Source of the DNA: Octopus sinensis
Lineage: Eukaryota
DNA: 7,286 nt
Reading direction: 5' to 3'
Assembly: GCF_006345805.1 (NCBI RefSeq)
Contig: NW_021828926.1
Span: 1 to 7,286 of the forward strand
The notes beneath the pieces were generated by a model, which saw nothing but the letters and a program-made list of their open reading frames with translations, ran no database searches and was not told the origin of the DNA. Made by a program: the position numbers and the translations under genes. Position 1 is the stretch's first letter. The number at the start of each line of letters is the position of its first letter. This document shows positions 6,357 to 7,286 of this stretch, piece by piece.

Positions 6357-7286
6357 TACTGGTTTCATTCCCACGGCTGAGGTCAAGCTGGCGCACCACC
6401 TGTAGTTACTCGGTTTTGCTTCCGGTATTGCTTTTGGCGAAGTAGCGAGTTGGACGGAGCTGCTCTTCTTTGTGTTTCCTGTCGTGATGTTGGTTCATCT
6501 GGTATCTCAGACAGAAAACCTGTCCAGACGGTCCTTCCACATCAACACCATCTAAATATCTAAGGTTGCCTGGCAGGGTGTTGAACAATTGCGGTCCCTT
6601 GAAACCCAGACTATTGCAGTACTGTGTCCTTATTCTAGATGGGGAAGACGGGATATTTGGTATGATGCAGTACCGTCCAGTTCAAGGATTGGTATAGCTG
6701 TCAATTCCAAAAGTGGGAGCTAAACCCTCCAAGACCTTCCAAATATATATCACCACATATTTCTCTCGTCTTCTCTCCAGGGAATAGAGACCCAGCTCCT
6801 TTAGCTCTCCATGTAGCCCATCTTTTGCATCAAATCAATCTTCTTTGTGTACTGGCGCTGGATTGCTTTGAATTCCACAGTTTGTTTCACACTCTCTGGA
6901 GACCATAGTTAGGCGCAGTAGTCCAAGCGGCTGAGAACGAAAGTCCTCCCTAGGAGTAACAAAACCTCCCTTTACCTGGTTCTGAATGTCCTCAGAATCC
7001 AGCCAGCCACTCGCCTGCACAGTGTTGCCATATTGGGAATATGCACATGGAATGTTGCATCATTGCTCATGTGAACCCCCAGGTCACGCACTGACTCTGA
7101 CTCTAGGATCGTATTACCTTCTGGTCCAGTGTATTCCGATTTTATCCTGGTGTCGGACCGATAGTGGAGTGCCTGATATTTCATAGCATTGAACTGTATG
7201 CTATTTTTGTTAGCCCATTTGTAGATTTCATTCATGTCTTTCTGCAGTTTTATGATCTCCTCTGGGTTCCAAACTGCCTGCGATAC
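6353..7286 (-). mobile_element. Decayed CR1/L2-group LINE, RT C-terminal region and 3' end; continues beyond the window
   Basis: Minus strand: LQKDMNEIYKWANKNSIQFNAMK...VRDLGVHMS...GWILRTF...FVLSRLDYCA*LWSP...AIQRQYTKKI...LKELGLYSLERRREKY...GPQLFNTLP...IPDEP...AAPSNSL, with several stops and frameshifts. The short 3' end GGTGGTGCGCCAGC...GAAACCAGTAAGTTT abuts (TA)n. Confidence 0.92.

Noticed and set aside
5769-7186. ORFs 5769-6032, 5855-6118, 6251-6445, 6835-7020 and 6986-7186
   Set aside because: They are antisense or off-frame shadows of the PLE and LINE coding remnants.

Overview
Eukaryotic, AT-rich, repeat-saturated non-genic DNA, very probably from an octopus or other cephalopod (inferred from the tRNA-SINE head/tail and the microsatellite density). 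I see no intact host gene; almost all tracked ORFs are translated microsatellites. The window has two microsatellite niches. (i) 1-1960 is a (TTA)n/(TAG)n zone with two tRNA-SINE fragments (+), two different decayed R4/Dong-type LINE 3' ends (-) and two copies of an unclassified ~555-bp non-coding element. It is followed by a Helentron-type non-autonomous element (1960-2336) and a compound (TCA/TCG)n array with higher-order periodicity. (ii) 3660-6350 is a (TA)n zone. It holds an unexplained, highly foldable 265-bp block, a tandem ~354-nt hammerhead-ribozyme repeat (retrozyme/pLTR-like, one near-intact type I hammerhead at 4770-4810), a hammerhead apparently split across strands by a micro-inversion (5301-5351), and a 5'-truncated Penelope-like element (RT thumb + GIY-YIG endonuclease) with a degenerate hammerhead downstream. 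A decayed CR1/L2-group LINE (-) runs off the right end. All pairings and alignments were done by eye.
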